Shown: positions 27,801 through 38,339 of the stretch, one piece after another | Layout: every line of letters begins with the position of its first letter | How positions within the stretch are numbered: position 1 is the stretch's first letter | Origin: Phoronis australis | Lineage: Eukaryota > Animalia > Phoronida | Reading direction: 5' to 3' | Assembly: GCA_002633005.1 (NCBI GenBank) | Contig: NMRA01000093.1 | Location: forward strand, 109,762 to 173,761 | Length of the DNA: 64,000 nucleotides | Notes under the pieces: model-generated | The model's input: only the letters and a program-made list of their open reading frames with translations | What the model was told of the DNA's origin: nothing | Database searches by the model: none | Made by a program: the position numbers and the translations under genes

Positions 27801-30800
27801 AACACAATCGTCTTTCGCACTGAATATATACATGTTCTCTCCCGACTCTTTTACCATCGTTTTAGTTTAGTCTTTGCTCCGAAGTCATTATTGTCACTGT
27901 TGTCTTCATCCTTGTCTGTGTTGGTTTTGACGTTGTCGTACGCTGATTAGTGCCGCTTTCATTGGCAGTAGCGTCGTCGTCATCAGTAGCGTCGACGTCT
28001 TTATCGATTTTGGTGTTAGCAGCTCCATTGTCGTTGGCAGCGACGTTGTCAAGAATGACGATGCCGTTCGGCAGCGTCGGCATCATGAGACTTGTCAGTG
28101 GCAGTTTAGCGAGTTCTTAATTGACGTCATTGTAGGAATCATGGATGTCTTTGATCATATCTTTGGCGCCCCCGCCTTCGTAGCCGTCCTCTATTTTCCT
28201 TTCAGTTTTGTAAGTGTATTTCCTCAGATGATTTTGAATACTGTATACCTCGTGCCATCGATCATATGATTGTATTTTGTTTTTTAACTTTTCTCCGTAG
28301 TGCAGTCTCGAGGTCTCTTGTAGCCATACATTGTATACGCTTCTTTTTAACAATAGCAATAAATTTCAGGGACTGGAACACAAGTTGGTGATGCGGCAGA
28401 AGCCAGAACTATGATAGAAACATACGGCACTACGCGTGACCCTCACAACGTACCTTGCTATGTCGGCTCGTCCAAGTCCAATATTGGACACACCGAGTCA
28501 GCTTCTGGCATGGCAGGGATAATCAAAGTCTTACTTATGATGAATCATGGCCAGATTGTACCTTCCTTGCACTATGAAAGGAATCCAAACAAAAACTTAA
28601 AGTTTGTTGAAAACAATTTATGTGTGGCAACAGAGGTAGGCGAATGGCCGGTAAACAAACACGGTAAGCGCGTTGCTGCCCTGAATTCATTTGGATTTGG
28701 TGGTACAAATACTCACGTTTTGGTGGAAAGCGTTAGTAACACGAGTATTTCGGAAGACAATGGGCAATTAACCAATCACTTAGTGATTGCATTGTCCGCC
28801 AAAAACCCAGAAAGTCTTAAGAACACTATGAGGTATTATCTGAAAAAAATGAAAGTTTCACGGTATTCTTTGGAAGATCTTTCGTACACTAGCACCGTTA
28901 AGCGAAACCACTACCCATACCGAGCAGCCTTTCCTGTCACCTCTCTCGAAGACGTGGAATTAAACCTTGAAAACCATCTTTTGCGAGAGCACCTCCCGAG
29001 TCTCAGTTCTGAACATACACAAATCATATTTGTTTTTTGCGGAATGGGTGCCACATGGGAAGGAATGGCAAGAGAGCTTATGAAGAACCATCAGCCATTT
29101 TACAGAAAAATTAGGGCTGTAAACGATATTTTCATGCGGCTGTCTGGGAATAGCTTGCTAGAAAATATTACTCAAATAACAAAGTCCTCGCCTCCGAGTG
29201 TAGTACAGCCTGCATTGTTCGCTTACCAAGTTGCAATTTGTGAACTGTTTAAGGCCTTCGGTGTTACTCCACACTGCATCGTTGGGCACTCCGTTGGCGA
29301 AGTTGCTGCAGCGCACGTTGCCGGGGCACTTGATCTTGAAGATGCTGTCAAGGTCATTTACCACCGCGGTCGTCTTCAAGATGCTGTGGCCGGTGGCAAG
29401 ATGCTGGTGGTTGGTAAGCTGGCTGTTGATCAGGTGGAACAGATGTGTAAACCTTTCCGTGGGAAACTATGTATTGCAGCGTATAACTCCCCAACGTCTT
29501 GCACCATAACAGGTGACGCAGACGCCGTGGACGAATTGTTTGAACAAATAACATATCTCGACAAGAGCTCCGCAATGAACTTATTCTTGCGAATTTTGCC
29601 CGTCTCATCAGCTTTCCATAGTCATCATATTGACCCTATAGTTCCACGCTTAATATCAGCACTAGGTGATTTACGGTCGTCAAAAACGATTTCCAGCTCT
29701 ACTTTCTTCTCAACTGTCGCCGGACGGGAAATTGACTCTGACAAATTGTGCAATTCACAGTATTGGGCAGAAAACATGCGTAAACCTGTATTATTTGATG
29801 CCGCTCTAAGGAGTGCTCTTTCTGATACCAAAACTAACATTGTCATTGAGGTTGGACCCAAACCTGCCCTGCGCGCAAACGTTGCTGAAATATGTAGCCA
29901 GTCTGTGACTTTTAAACACATGCCGTCTGCAAATGTGAATTCTGAAATACACACAATAATGTCGTCTATTTGTGAACTGTACCAAATTGGCCTGCCGATT
30001 CGATGGGAAACATTATTCGAAAGTAAAGTGTTACAGAACACCAACATTCCAAGATACCAGTTCTTACGACTGTTGCAGCCAGTGGAAACCGAGATAAACG
30101 AATCTTTAGAAGGTCTAAATTCAGATTCTCATCCTTTCATACGGATACTGTCAAAAGACCCGACCAAGTTTGAAGTCACTCTGGATGCAAATGAGTTGAC
30201 GTTTGTCAGGGATCACGTAGTTTTCAACGAATTAATTGCACCTGGATCTACTCAAGCAGAGGTCGCTTTACATTGTGCCACGACAATTCACAAATCTCGC
30301 GCTACCTTACGGAATTGTGAGGTATATATAGAACTGTTGTCACCATTGAAAACAGATGAGAAAGCAAAATTTACCGTATCAGTTGCAGCAAAAGCGTCAG
30401 ATGTTTATGAGCTAACTTGTACGAAAGATAAGACAACGATTTCGATTTGCTCTGTAAGGCTAGGAACAGGTCGAAAGACAACGAGTCCCTTGAACATGGA
30501 TTTGATCAAACGGCGACTGACTAAAGTCGTTTCCGCCGTGGACTTTTACGAAGTGTTTCAGAGTTTTGGTTTTCAGTATGGACCTTCTCTTAAAGGCGTC
30601 CAGAAGTGTTGGGGATCGCACGATGAAGTGCTGACTTCAATAAAAGTCCCACCAAAAGTGTTAGCAGAGGTTCCTGTCCTTTGTGTGCATCCCGCTGTAC
30701 TAGACATGCTATTTCAAGCTTCTATACTTTTTGTGTACCCAGGAGATGGCAATTCAAGTGGCGATATCAACGCTTTACCTCAGTACCTTCCTAAAACATT

Positions 30801-33690
30801 CAGCGGCCTTGCTGTCCTTGGTGCTATCGAGGACCACATGTACGGCTATCTGCAACTTATAGATAAGACTGACAGTCACCTTGAATGTTGGGCAGCTTTA
30901 CTTGATGGAAGCGGCAGGGTGATAGTTGAGTGCCAGAGGCTGACACTAAAAAACACGTTCAATGTACTACCAGAATGCTTGTTCTACGACATAGTGTGGG
31001 AGAAGCAAGACGATGACTTAGCTGTTCCCAATGCGTCTCACCAAGATGGCAAGATCGTTGTGTTTGCGAAAGCTGATCCCTTGTGCGAAGTTCTATGTAA
31101 CTCCCTAGGATCCGATGTTGATCTAGTGAATGTGAATTCAAAGATTGGTGCACTTTTTTCTCAAAAGGAAACTATCCCATTACACATTAAGGCAGAGATG
31201 GCGTCATTTTTGCGTAAATTTAGCACACTGGTGTACTGTTGGGCATTTGACCACTCCGAAGGCTCCCTGCAGATCAATGAATTTGATAGTAATGCAAAGT
31301 TCATTTGCAATGGACTTCGCAATATCTATGCCATAATACAAGCGTTTAACCTGAAACTTTGTGTAATTGCTATCACGTTTAACACCCAGTTTTGTGGATA
31401 CGAAACGCACATGAATATTGTTGGTTCTGAACTATGGGGCATGGTTCGTTGTCTTCAAAACGAAATAAACACATCTGAAAATCCCATTATATTAATCGAC
31501 ATGGCTGCCTGCTCAAGTCACGAGCTTACACATTTATCCAAAATAGTTCACAACCCAATGACAGTGGAGTGTCCCGAAATTGCCTTACGAGAGTCTAAAG
31601 TTCTCTTCAATTCCATAAGAAGGGTAGACAAAGAAATCACACAATCTCGGTTTCGAACGAACCACGTAAAGGATCATTCGAGACCCTTGCGAATCATTGG
31701 AGGTGAACATTGTGAAAGACCTCAATATGTTCTGACGAAGCAACTGACAGGAAATGATGACAAAAATGTGTCTGTGTCAGTGTCCTCTTTCTGTCACCCG
31801 GACCCATGCATGCTCCCTCTTGTCGTCACTGTGCATGGGGAGCAGCCGTTGAATACTCACGTCGTCAACTATTTTGCAGCTGTAGACATGGCAGGTTTTG
31901 TAATAGGCAAAAACAACAAACGATTCAAGGAAGGGACGGAAGTTGTCGTCTGCTACCCAACAATATTGCAGTCAGTACTCAACGTTCCTGAATGGTGTGT
32001 CATCCCAATACAGTCCGTCCCTAAGCATTGTCGACCTTTGTTGTCAATGTTTGTAATGCTTTGGGACATTTTGAATTGTAAAGTTTCTCTTTGTGCAGAG
32101 GACAATGTTCTTGTTTTATATGGCACTAACAAAAGCAAGTTCGCAGTACTTTTGCACCATGTTATCCAGTACTATTCCAAAAATGTAACTTCGTCTATCG
32201 TAACGATGGACCACACGTTCGACGGCTATGACGTCATCTTCCTACTAACGGACGTTAGCGAGGTTCCAAGTATTCCTAAACATGCATTGAAAAAGCTTAT
32301 GGTGGTCCAGGAGCAGTTCCCACAAAGTGGACTAAACAACCACTGGATGAATCCAAATTATCTAAAATTAGCCTTACCAAAAACAGTTGAATGGTTGAAG
32401 AAACTTAAGAAGAAAGGGTTTTTGCCGAATCCCAATGTTACTGATACAAAATATCAAGGCAATTTTCAAAAACATTTGTCGTCAAACTCAAAGTCGATTG
32501 CTCAACATCGCCCAAAGTCTGAAGAATTGTACCCTGTTTTGTGCGATCGTAGCACTCTTTTTGACCAAGCTGCAACGTATCTTGTCATCGGTGGTCACAC
32601 TGGGTTGGGTAAAGAACTCGTCAAATTCTTGGCTTCTCGTCACGCAGGCCTTATTTTGATCTTATCAAGAAGGGAGCCCAGTAAGGATGAACTGAACTTC
32701 ATGAAAAGAACATCGGAATTGTTTTGTTCCAACATATCTAGCGCTACGGCAGATATCGCAGATTATACATCCTTGTCCAACGCGATGAGCAAATTTCGAC
32801 GATCTAATCCCAGTTATCCAATCAAGGGAGTCTTCAGCGGAGCAATGGTTTTATCTGACGCAATCATAGAAAACCAGTCATATGAAAGTTTTTGCAAAGT
32901 GCTTAATCCAAAGATACTTGGCACACTAAATCTACACCTTGCGACCCAGAATGACCCTCTCGATTACTTCGTTATGCACTCTTCTGTTGCATCAGCTATT
33001 GGAAACCAAGGGCAAACCAATTACGGTGCGGCCAACTCTTTTATGGATTCATTCGCGTTCTATCGCAGAAAACGTGGAAAGCCAGGCCAAACCATTAATT
33101 GGGGACCATTGGCTCTGGGTGCATTAGAGGGACGAGATGACCTTATTCGATCGTTCTCCTTAAAAGGTTTGGAGCCACTGAGAACAAACGAAATCCATCA
33201 TTGTTTAGAGTCCATACTAGTCGCCAATCTTCCTCAAGTTATCGTCTGGAATGCAAATTGGACAAAGATAATAAAGAATGGCAAGTTAACCAAACCGAAA
33301 TCCTCATCACGATACCGTTGCCGTACGTTTATTGACCCAATACTTCACAAATTGCAAGAAGTCGGCTCTTCCGGAAGCGAGAAGCCCGGGTTTAACGAAG
33401 AAGATAAATACTTGCCTCCTTCGGAGAGACTAAAAAAACTCACAGCATTCCTCCAATACACTGTCAGCGAAATTCTGGTTACCAGAGTCAATTCAATTTT
33501 AGTAGAGGACAGTCTTCCAAGCCTGGGGATAGATTCAAACTTGGCAGTGGAAGTCAGAATGGTCGTATCTCAAAAAACTGGCTGCAACCTGTCGGTGATT
33601 TCACTTCTAAGTGACGCTGCGTCAGTTAAATCAATAGCCGATGATATCAACGAATTTCTGTCTTCTCCCGAGGAGAGCACTAGGCTTTGA
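15660..33690 (+). CDS. Animal iterative type I polyketide synthase (KS-AT-DH-psiKR-psiER-KR-ACP), 2084 aa, 6 coding exons: 15660-15865, 20058-20218, 24594-24800, 26706-26887, 27149-27326, 28370-33690
   Basis: All five introns are GT-AG with compatible phases (2,1,1,0,1). The joined CDS is 6255 nt = 2085 codons with no internal stop. Motifs: [48 protein letters not shown]; AT FCGMG, GHSVG, AFHS; [18 protein letters not shown]; KR GGHTGLG, VLSD, NYGAAN; ACP LGIDS. Confidence 0.95.
16414..17600 (-). mobile_element. 5'-truncated L1/Tx1-like LINE (ORF2 C-terminus) in PKS coding intron 1
   Basis: ORF 16766-17689 has QVLWNNQNI and a zf-RVT-like CPYC...[10 protein letters not shown]...FW. The - strand 3' end is AATAAATGTATTAAAAA at 16413-16429. 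Confidence 0.85.
17798..19020 (-). mobile_element. Helentron/HINE-like non-autonomous element with ~150-bp tandem core (reverse orientation to the 35555-36960 copy)
   Basis: Terminal hairpin tatgcgcccacatata-catg-tatatgtaggtgtata next to a CTGT tract; repeated gtgccctctggtggca and ttcatgaaatttggca motifs. Confidence 0.65.
19431..19587. mobile_element. hAT-type MITE (157 bp)
   Basis: TIR CAGTGTTCGAA / TTCGAACGCTG; 8-bp TSD CTTAGAAT / CTTAGGAT. Confidence 0.8.
20058..20218 (+). CDS. PKS coding exon 2 (KS), missed by the ORF track
   Basis: tttcag| [40 protein letters not shown]...TGVFIG |gtaag. Confidence 0.93.
20948..24061 (-). mobile_element. Internally deleted Academ-like DNA transposon in PKS coding intron 2
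   Basis: Imperfect ~140-bp TIRs starting TAGTCGGT(A/G)GGCCAGA; ATC on both flanks (3-bp TSD). A frameshifted Cys-rich C-terminus ([25 protein letters not shown]) lies at ~21733-21930 on the - strand. Confidence 0.75.
24594..24800 (+). CDS. PKS coding exon 3 (KS catalytic Cys)
   Basis: tttttacag| ...[24 protein letters not shown]... |gtacg; Cys codon at 24749-24751. Confidence 0.95.
26706..26887 (+). CDS. PKS coding exon 4 (KS)
   Basis: gacag| [11 protein letters not shown]...[23 protein letters not shown] |gtgag. Confidence 0.95.
27149..27326 (+). CDS. PKS coding exon 5 (KS first His), missed by the ORF track
   Basis: ttttcaag| [23 protein letters not shown]...VNYIEAH |gtgag. Confidence 0.93.
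28370..33690 (+). CDS. PKS coding exon 6 (5.3 kb: KS end, AT, DH, psiKR, psiER, KR, ACP)
   Basis: tttcag| completes [11 protein letters not shown] and runs in frame into the 1759-aa ORF. KS His 28489, AT Ser 29290, DH His 30214 / Asp 30703, KR Tyr 33022, ACP Ser 33535. Confidence 0.97.
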
Positions 33691-35221
33691 ATTCATCGAA
33701 CTTAAAAACATTGATGAAATAGACCACTTAGGCGGAATTGGCAGAAATTTTTCCTGGAACTCAGAAACAATTTGACACAGGTGTCCAGATAAAGATGTAG
33801 TGAGAGCTGAAAGTTGGTTTTCGTGACACTTTCTTGTATCATCACTGAATTTTACGGGCACTGGTTCTCTTTTAATTAACCCTCAATGTACAAAGTATGT
33901 CTCTTTCATTGCGGTTGTTTTTGTGAGTTACATCACAGAAAAGCATTTCAGGCATTAATCCGGAATGCGCGGTAAAGAAAAGTTTGTTTGCTGTCATGTA
34001 CCTCCGTGTTGACATTTTTCTTTGTCATGGGAGATAGAAGACTTAACTCTTTTAAGTCGTTTAGACGTAACTAGATTTTGACGGGCGGGAAAGGTACATT
34101 TCTGTAGTGACAATCGTATTGGTCATTTATGTGTATGTAATCCCAAATATGAGACCATTCCTTGAATTGCAGCAGATAGTTACTGTGATTATTTGGTTGC
34201 CACATTTTCCCCAATCCAAGTAATCACAGAGCAAAATTTATAGAGGTCTTCCACTTTCAGTACTACACAGTCCGGAAGTGCCAATTTTATTTAGCACATC
34301 TCTGATCTGTTCTGCTCTGCCTTGGGCATAAAGTTCAATGAGTTTTCGTTCTTAATTATAAGTATTACACAAAAAAATTATAAATGATGTTGGTTTGTAC
34401 CCAACTCATTTTGAGACCTGCGCTCTCCTCCCATTGATTTCAACTCCAGACGACAGCGGTTTTAAATCGAGCCTAGTACTTACATCAATCTACTGCACTG
34501 TATAAGCTTTCACGTGCTCTTTGCCCGGTATGAACACTCGCAGGCCGATTACCTACCACGGCTCAGAAAATTAGTTTATTGTTCATCACCGGGTACCACA
34601 GAACAGAAACCTAACGAACCTATGTTGGCTAATTTTTATATTTCTTCGGGTAAAATGATCTAAACTTAACTTCTTTACGAGAAATTCAAGTTCTGAAGCC
34701 AAAAAGTTAGAAAAATCGTCAGTTTTAATCCACGATATACAAGTGTCATTTTAGCAAGTTCTTTATTCCGATGAAGCTATCGGTGACGCGGCAATTGTCT
34801 ACTCCGCACAACTTAAATCTGATTCCCTGACAGTGATACTTCTTGAAGGCAGGCAGCGGCAATAGTAAAAAGCTATTAGGAAGTACACTTCAAGATGCTG
34901 TGAAACAGCCACAGTACTATAATGAAAAAGCCAGTCCGCATATGTTTCAGTCAAAGCCTCGTGTAAACTTTGTTGGTGAAAACTCGCAGAAAGGGCACGC
35001 AAGCAAGGTTTGAGATTATGATTTGATAAGCCATGAGTAAAACGAAGAAAAATCTCGCATCTTTTTGCCCCAACTCAAGTGTGTGTTTTCTTTTGTGAAA
35101 ATGTGAGCAACTAAAAATACATACTGCACCACCGATTAGATTTAAAAAACACATACCGGAACCAACTATGTTTTTTGCCACACTCTTAGTTAAGGATCTT
35201 GTAGTAAACAATGTTTTGCCA

Positions 35222-35313
35222 GTACACTGTGTTATGGACTCTGCTGCATTGTGTACACTGTGTTATAAACTCTGCTGCATTGTGTGCACTGTGTTATGAT
35301 ATCTGCTGCATTG
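35222..35313. repeat. 31-bp tandem repeat, 3 copies
   Basis: GTACACTGTGTTATGGACTCTGCTGCATTGT-like units. Confidence 0.85.
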
Positions 35314-35554
35314 TCATTGTGCAAAAATACTATTTTACTTGAGCTTGTTATCCTGTAAAATTGAATATATCATGTATACATGTATATCTCTACTCCGTAA
35401 ATGTTTCTTTAAACAAGTTTTACGCCCCAATGTGGGAATGGGTTACACCGTGTTTGTTTCAGTTGCTATTTCATGTAATGTACATAATATATGTATTCTT
35501 AAAGATTTTCCGCACTTGGTTTTTGAAACTAAATAAACAATACGAAAAATCACG

Positions 35555-36960
35555 TTACAACTATGTGCGCAAAACAAAACTACCACTAGGAGGCGCCACA
35601 GTAGTCAGTCACCATCATCAAAGGTCGTCTTCACACTGACAACGTATATGCCAATTTTCAAATGATTTGGTTGATACAGGGGTGGACGTCAAAAAAAGAT
35701 TTGAAAACGGCAAAAATGGCCACTATGTGGTGCAAAATACCTCGATCCCATCCAAAGACAGGAAGATAGCGTCATGACACCAATAGATGCCTATATTTTA
35801 AATTTTATGAAAATCAGTTGAGGGCCTTTGAAGATACAGAGTTAAACTTAAAAAACTAAAATTGCCACTAGGGGGCACAGCAGTAGTCAGATCTTTCCGA
35901 AAGTCGTCGTCATTCGTAGTCAACATCATATAAATACACTCGCTAAATTAAGAAAAGATCCTGCGAACGGTTTAGGAGATACAGCCATAGACGCAAAAAA
36001 ACAAAACTGCCACTAGGAGGCGCCACAGTAGTCAAAATCGTCTGAAAATCATCGTCAACCGTCCTCTGTATAGTAAGAACACACATGACAATTTTCACAA
36101 TCATCCTTTGAGCGGTTTAGTTGGAAGAAAGGTGGAAGCAAAAAACACTCGAAAATAGTAAAAATGGTCACTAGGTGGCGCAAACTACGTCGAATCCATC
36201 CGAAAAAGGGAGGATACCGTCATCTCACTAATACATGTAGGTGCCTTACATACCAAATTTCATGAAAATCCATTAAGGACTATTGAAGATACAGAGGTAA
36301 ACGTAAAAAAATAAAATTGCCACTAGGGGGCATACCAGTAGTCAGATCCGTCCGAAAGTCGTCGTCGTCCGTTGTTAACATCATATAAATATACTTACTA
36401 GATTTCATAAAGATCCTGCGAACGGTTTAGGAGATGGAGCCATAGGCGCAACAAAAACAAAACTGCCACTAGGAGGCGCTACAGTAGTCGAAATCGTCGG
36501 GAAATCATCGTCAACCGTCTTCTTCACAGTAAACACACACATGCCAATTTTCACAATCATCCTTTGAGCGGTTTGGTTGATAGAGGGGTGGACGCCAAAA
36601 AACAGACTCGAAAACAGTAAAAATGGTCACTAGGTGGCGCAAATTACGTCGAATCCATCCGAAAACAAGGGATAGTTTCATTTCACCAATAGATGCCTAA
36701 ATTACAAATTTTATGAATCTACGTCGAGGACTTCCGAAGATATATAGGTAAGCGTAAACAATTAAAATTGCCACTAGGAGGCACACCGGTAGTCGGAGAG
36801 GTCCCAAAATCGTCGTCATCCGTCGTCAGCCTCATAGGAATACAACTGCTAAATCTCACCAAGATCCTGTGAGGGGTTTAGGAGATACAGCTGCGTACGC
36901 CCGGACAGACAGAGATGGCGGCAATATGCGACCACATAAAAATATGTGGTCGCATAAAAA
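35555..36960 (+). mobile_element. Helentron/HINE-like element: 9 x ~150-bp units (3-mer higher-order repeat of ~456 bp), GACA tract, terminal hairpin
   Basis: CCACTAGG(A/G/T)GGC recurs every ~150 bp, followed by ggacagacag and a perfect 14-bp stem TATGCGACCACATA-AAAA-TATGTGGTCGCATA at 36925-36956, then AAAA. Confidence 0.75.
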
Positions 36961-38339
36961 TGAACACGACGGCATTCGATATAACATACAAGACACTGAG
37001 AAACCACTGTGTGTCTATGTTGTCAGCTTGTCGTCGTGCAAGTGGATACGACCATATCAAGCTGGGGACTCAGTTGAGTTACCCTCTTACGCATGCCCAA
37101 TTTGAGAAGGTGTCAGACGTAACTTCCGCCCAACTTCCTGAAACGCTTTGAAACCGTGTGTATTTAAACTGGACCAGGAATTGCAAGCTTGCAGAGGCAT
37201 TATACATTTTTCGGGAACAATTTTCTAAGTTTTTTTTTTTTGTAAATTTGGTGTGTTTCACTTAGTATATGTTATCGCGAACCTTTTCTCTAGTGTCGAT
37301 TTCTAAAAGAACTGAATTAGCAGGTATTAGCTGGTAAGTTTTGCAGTAGACGAAATCCCCAGAATGAAGTGGAAGCCTAACACAGCCAACAAGGGGTGCC
37401 CCAGTAGGTAGTAAAATCCGTCCGAAAATCACTGAACTGATGCCCGCGCATTCCCACCAATACAACATACATGTATGCTTGTGTCAAGTTCCGGCAAAAT
37501 TCATTCTTTCGTTTCGCCAACAACTTATTGACAACTGATTTTTAGTCGAAAATTTTAACGGCCAGGAGAGAGTGTCACGGTACTTGTAACCTTCGGGAAA
37601 CCGACTTGTACTGACAGTCCAGCCACATAAATCTGTGCCAAATTTCAACCTGACTGTCATGCAATTATCGAGAAAATCGAGGACAAGCAAAGGTGTCCAT
37701 GACACTGGACCTACGACATACAGTACATACGGATGCCGACTACATACGATCCCACAATTTATGAGAGCGTATGAAAATAGGGGATAATTTGAGAAAATGA
37801 TGATCAGGGGCTAAAACTAGGTCGCCACGGAAACAAAGTGCGTTTTCCAAGAAAGGTTAGTAAAAGAAATTAAACGCCAGAAAAAGAATGATGTACATGT
37901 ATTTGGTTTACCTTGATGTAAACAAGGCATGCCTGTCACACTCAAAGTGCCAATAACTTTGTCCAAATATCTGCAGGTTCGCATGTTCTGAAAAAAGGTA
38001 GGGAAAAGATAGGGACTAATTTTACACAAGGAAAGGAGTAGCAACAGTAAGGCATAAAGTAGGTAAAAACAGAGAAGAGCAGTTTGAATAAGAACAGGAA
38101 AAGTACTAGGACCCCACAAGAAAAGTAAGAAAAATTAATAAAAAGTGGGAATGCTTGAAATTCTGAATTAGCTAATTGAGATATACATGTATTTACACTT
38201 CTGCAGTTCTAAAACTTTTTTACTCAAGGACTTAATTCCACGAAGATGTGTTTTGAAATGAGCGCTGTTCCGTTGGTAATTGAGATATACATGTATTTAC
38301 ACTTCTGCAGTTTTAAAACTTTTTTACTTAAGGACTTAA

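Noticed and set aside
27862-28359. Antisense ORFs in PKS intron 5
   Set aside because: Low-complexity GTC/GTT-rich sequence with no recognisable domain
29158-33127. Alternate-frame and antisense ORFs within the PKS exon
   Set aside because: Shadow ORFs expected over a long coding exon
28411-33690. Stand-alone bacterial-type PKS ORF, contaminant, or fatty acid synthase
   Set aside because: The KS N-terminal part lies in five upstream spliced exons; there is no TE and the ER is degenerate, unlike FAS
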